Below are positions 55,885 to 57,826 of a stretch of 57,826 nt of DNA, piece after piece (within the stretch, counting starts at the first letter, position 1; each line of letters opens with the position of its first letter). Under the pieces are notes generated by a model. That model searched no databases and had not been told where the DNA came from. It saw only the letters and a program-made list of their open reading frames with translations. A program made the translations under genes and the position numbers. The stretch is from a virus (Duplodnaviria > Caudoviricetes), in IMG/VR virus record IMGVR_UViG_3300009103_000037, positions 1-57,826 of that record. One strand, given 5' to 3'.

Positions 55885-56445
55885 TTATTTGTCTGTCTCA
55901 TCTGGTAGGTAAGGAAGTTCCTCATCCTCAATACTGGGAGAGTTCTTGGAGGGATTAGTTTTATAATTACTCTTATGATCTCCATAAGTAAAGTTGAATT
56001 CAAGTTGATGAACGTCTGGATACTCCCCTCTCTCCTCACTCTCATCACCAACAAAATAATCATCCTCTTCCCCGTAATTGGAGGAATTATAAAAATATTC
56101 ATCGGCGGTTGCTGCATTGTACCCGCTGTAATCAAACTTATATTTATCACTTACATAGCCAAAGAAGTCAGCATCCTTCTGAAACTCTTTGTCTTTGTCT
56201 TCAATATATTTAAAGAATTTATTTAGATCATCATCTGTGGTACTGGTGAAAGAACCCCAGGAATTTTCTTGATCTACTTTATGTAAGAAGGGATGGGTAG
56301 GCAGGTTAAGCTCCAAGAAATTAATTATCTTTTCTTTAGGCTGAGCTTCTAGAATTTTATTATCTGTTACTGTATTGTATAAGTCATAATGATTAGTGGC
56401 AACCTCAATAAGATAGAAGCCTAATCCATAGTTTAAGTCTGACAT
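55885..56445 (-). CDS. Acidic hypothetical protein
   Basis: AAGGAG SD; TAGTAATA at 56490-56497. Confidence 0.7.
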   Translation of the reverse strand: MSDLNYGLGFYLIEVATNHYDLYNTVTDNKILEAQPKEKIINFLELNLPTHPFLHKVDQENSWGSFTSTTDDDLNKFFKYIEDKDKEFQKDADFFGYVSDKYKFDYSGYNAATADEYFYNSSNYGEEDDYFVGDESEERGEYPDVHQLEFNFTYGDHKSNYKTNPSKNSPSIEDEELPYLPDETDK

Positions 56446-56839
56446 AATGTTCTTTCTCCTTTTACCCTGTGAGGCATTTGATAATTTAATATTACTATGA
56501 AAAATCTATATAGATTAATTATTTAAATAAATAATAATATATTTTAAACATTCCATTGACTATCATTGTTGCTTTCTTATAATGTTATTATTACTTAACA
56601 TCTCTGTCAGAAACAAACTTAAATGTTTTGTTAACGGGTTATCAGTACCCCAAGAAAACTGATGACATACCCCTCCACAGCAATATAACTGGTGGATAAT
56701 TTTTAAGAAATAAAAGCTGAAGGAGGCTCTAATAGTAGCGGGCACTGCTACCTCTATGGCTGGTTAAACGCTATGTAAAACTATTGCCCTGAGTGATGAA
56801 CAGAACTATAGCCAGAAGTAATCCATTTGGGGTAAAGTA

Positions 56840-57142
56840 TTATTCTTTATCTAACATAAAGGTAGCCCTAGTGTCAGCTATTGCTCCCCTATATTCTAAA
56901 GTTAAATCTCCCTTTAGGACTGAGCTCGTGCGCCTGGTCGAATTTACTGGGCTACTGGGGCTATCTGTTTTTCTATTTTTCTTTACATTCAAAACCTCAT
57001 TATGAATGTAGCTTATAGATCTCACCATAGCCTTCTGATTATTATTTAAAGATTTTATTTTAGCCAGCATAAATTGAAACACAATACCCATCGAAACTGT
57101 AAGGAGTATGAATAGAGCATAGAAGGTAAGCTCTTGAGACAT
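56840..57142 (-). CDS. Membrane-anchored hypothetical protein
   Basis: N-terminal TM segment; AAAGGA SD. Confidence 0.6.
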   Translation of the reverse strand: MSQELTFYALFILLTVSMGIVFQFMLAKIKSLNNNQKAMVRSISYIHNEVLNVKKNRKTDSPSSPVNSTRRTSSVLKGDLTLEYRGAIADTRATFMLDKE

Positions 57143-57172
57143 GATTATATCCTTTCTTAATTAAATAAAGAA

Positions 57173-57255
57173 AGGGCTCTTAAAGCATAGTTCCTGGGCC
57201 GCCTTACTGATTTACTGGGCGAATTTCGGAAAGTATAGCTTGCTTTAAGAGCCCT
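57173..57255. other. 83-nt stem-loop closed by a perfect 15-bp inverted repeat
   Basis: AGGGCTCTTAAAGCA (57173-57187) / TGCTTTAAGAGCCCT (57241-57255). Confidence 0.7.
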
Positions 57256-57615
57256 GTTATATTTAATACTACTCTATTTAATATAAATTATTTTGCAAGT
57301 CGCGAACATCTCTTTATTTTTTTGCCTATAGAGTATTTCTTTAAAGGGGTTACTCGATATAACTTCAGTCCTCTTCTGTGTCTGGGAAGGAGCTCTGGAT
57401 TTAATTAACGTTACTTCTCTATCTAATATTTTTTATTAAATTCTGTAAAACTTTTGCCCCGATTACATCGCACTCTAAGTTACAGCAATTGCAATAAATG
57501 ATAGCCTATTTCTATTGAAAATCATTCTTATATTTATTTTTGAGATTTTTTTCTACATCGGTTATATCGTTATGCAGGATGGTCCTGCTCCTAACAACCA
57601 AGAAAAGGGAAACCA

Positions 57616-57826
57616 ATGAGCGACAAAACAAACATTTTTGCTAACGAAAACAGCGAGTCTCCGCTTCAGACTATCCGCCAGACCATGAGTGTTGCGGTGG
57701 ATGATGATGGAACTCCCAATGTGAACTTCGCCACGAATCGTGGCAAGGGAAGTGGATCTCAAACCATTCCTGTTGCTGACTACGCAGAGGTAGTTAGCAC
57801 TCTTCAAGAGTATGCTGATGCTGGCA
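57616..57826 (+). CDS. Hypothetical protein, 3'-truncated (not in track)
   Basis: Plus-strand promoter motif at 57552-57566, AAGGGA SD and open frame MSDKTNIFANENSESPLQTIRQ... to the window end. Confidence 0.7.
   Translation, partial: MSDKTNIFANENSESPLQTIRQTMSVAVDDDGTPNVNFATNRGKGSGSQTIPVADYAEVVSTLQEYADAG

Noticed and set aside
56942-57220. ATTTACTGGGC shared between the stem-loop interior and the downstream gene
   Set aside because: It is a single 11-nt same-strand match, too short to support a regulatory claim.
211-57807. Most plus-strand and overlapping ORFs in the track (e.g. 211-543, 6777-7484, 14973-16061, 21085-21852, 28300-28482, 34639-35174, 55490-55810, 57562-57807)
   Set aside because: They are antisense shadows of real genes, RNA genes or repeats, with no SD and no recognisable motifs.
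1-57826. Stop-codon reassignment (code 15 or 4)
   Set aside because: Conserved enzymes are full length in code 11, coding density is high, and TAA, TAG and TGA all end genes. No suppressor tRNA is seen.
1-57826. Bacterial chromosome or eukaryotic giant virus origin
   Set aside because: Housekeeping genes are scattered singly among ORFans without their operon partners. SD sites, a sigma factor, tmRNA and intrinsic terminators indicate a bacterial virus.

Overview
The window is a 57.8-kb segment of an AT-rich (roughly 35-40% GC by eye) jumbo/huge bacteriophage genome read in the standard code. Most genes are on the minus strand. No capsid, terminase, portal or polymerase gene is visible. It carries host-takeover and auxiliary genes: KhpA, Hsp20, ClpP, GroEL, M16/C39 peptidases, an RpoH-like sigma factor, ThyX, PurA, an IMPDH/GMP-reductase-family enzyme, glutamine synthetase II, a flap endonuclease, an ATP-dependent ligase and a minimal TilS. 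It also has three tRNAs (Leu-UAA and two CAU) and a tmRNA with tag ANDNYYYNEFALAA. The most striking unexplained structure is a ~30-aa peptide, roughly [L/I]xxLAxxLDxxGLxxEAxxLDxI(x)KxA, fused to 13 otherwise unrelated proteins. These include toxin-like, SGNH esterase, HEXXH protease, HicA-like and DUF5591-like cargoes. Their transcription units are preceded by a shared TA[C/T/G]TAATA box, whereas other operons use a different 15-bp motif, TCTWCAYCRGTTATA (11 copies). I infer a capsid-targeting, protease-processed system that packages effector proteins into the virion. Other notable items are a ~270-nt structured RNA candidate just downstream of a tRNA, a four-member helical-repeat paralog family, and a 23-25-bp A-tract repeat array. 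All family assignments come from motifs recognised by eye, with no database searches.
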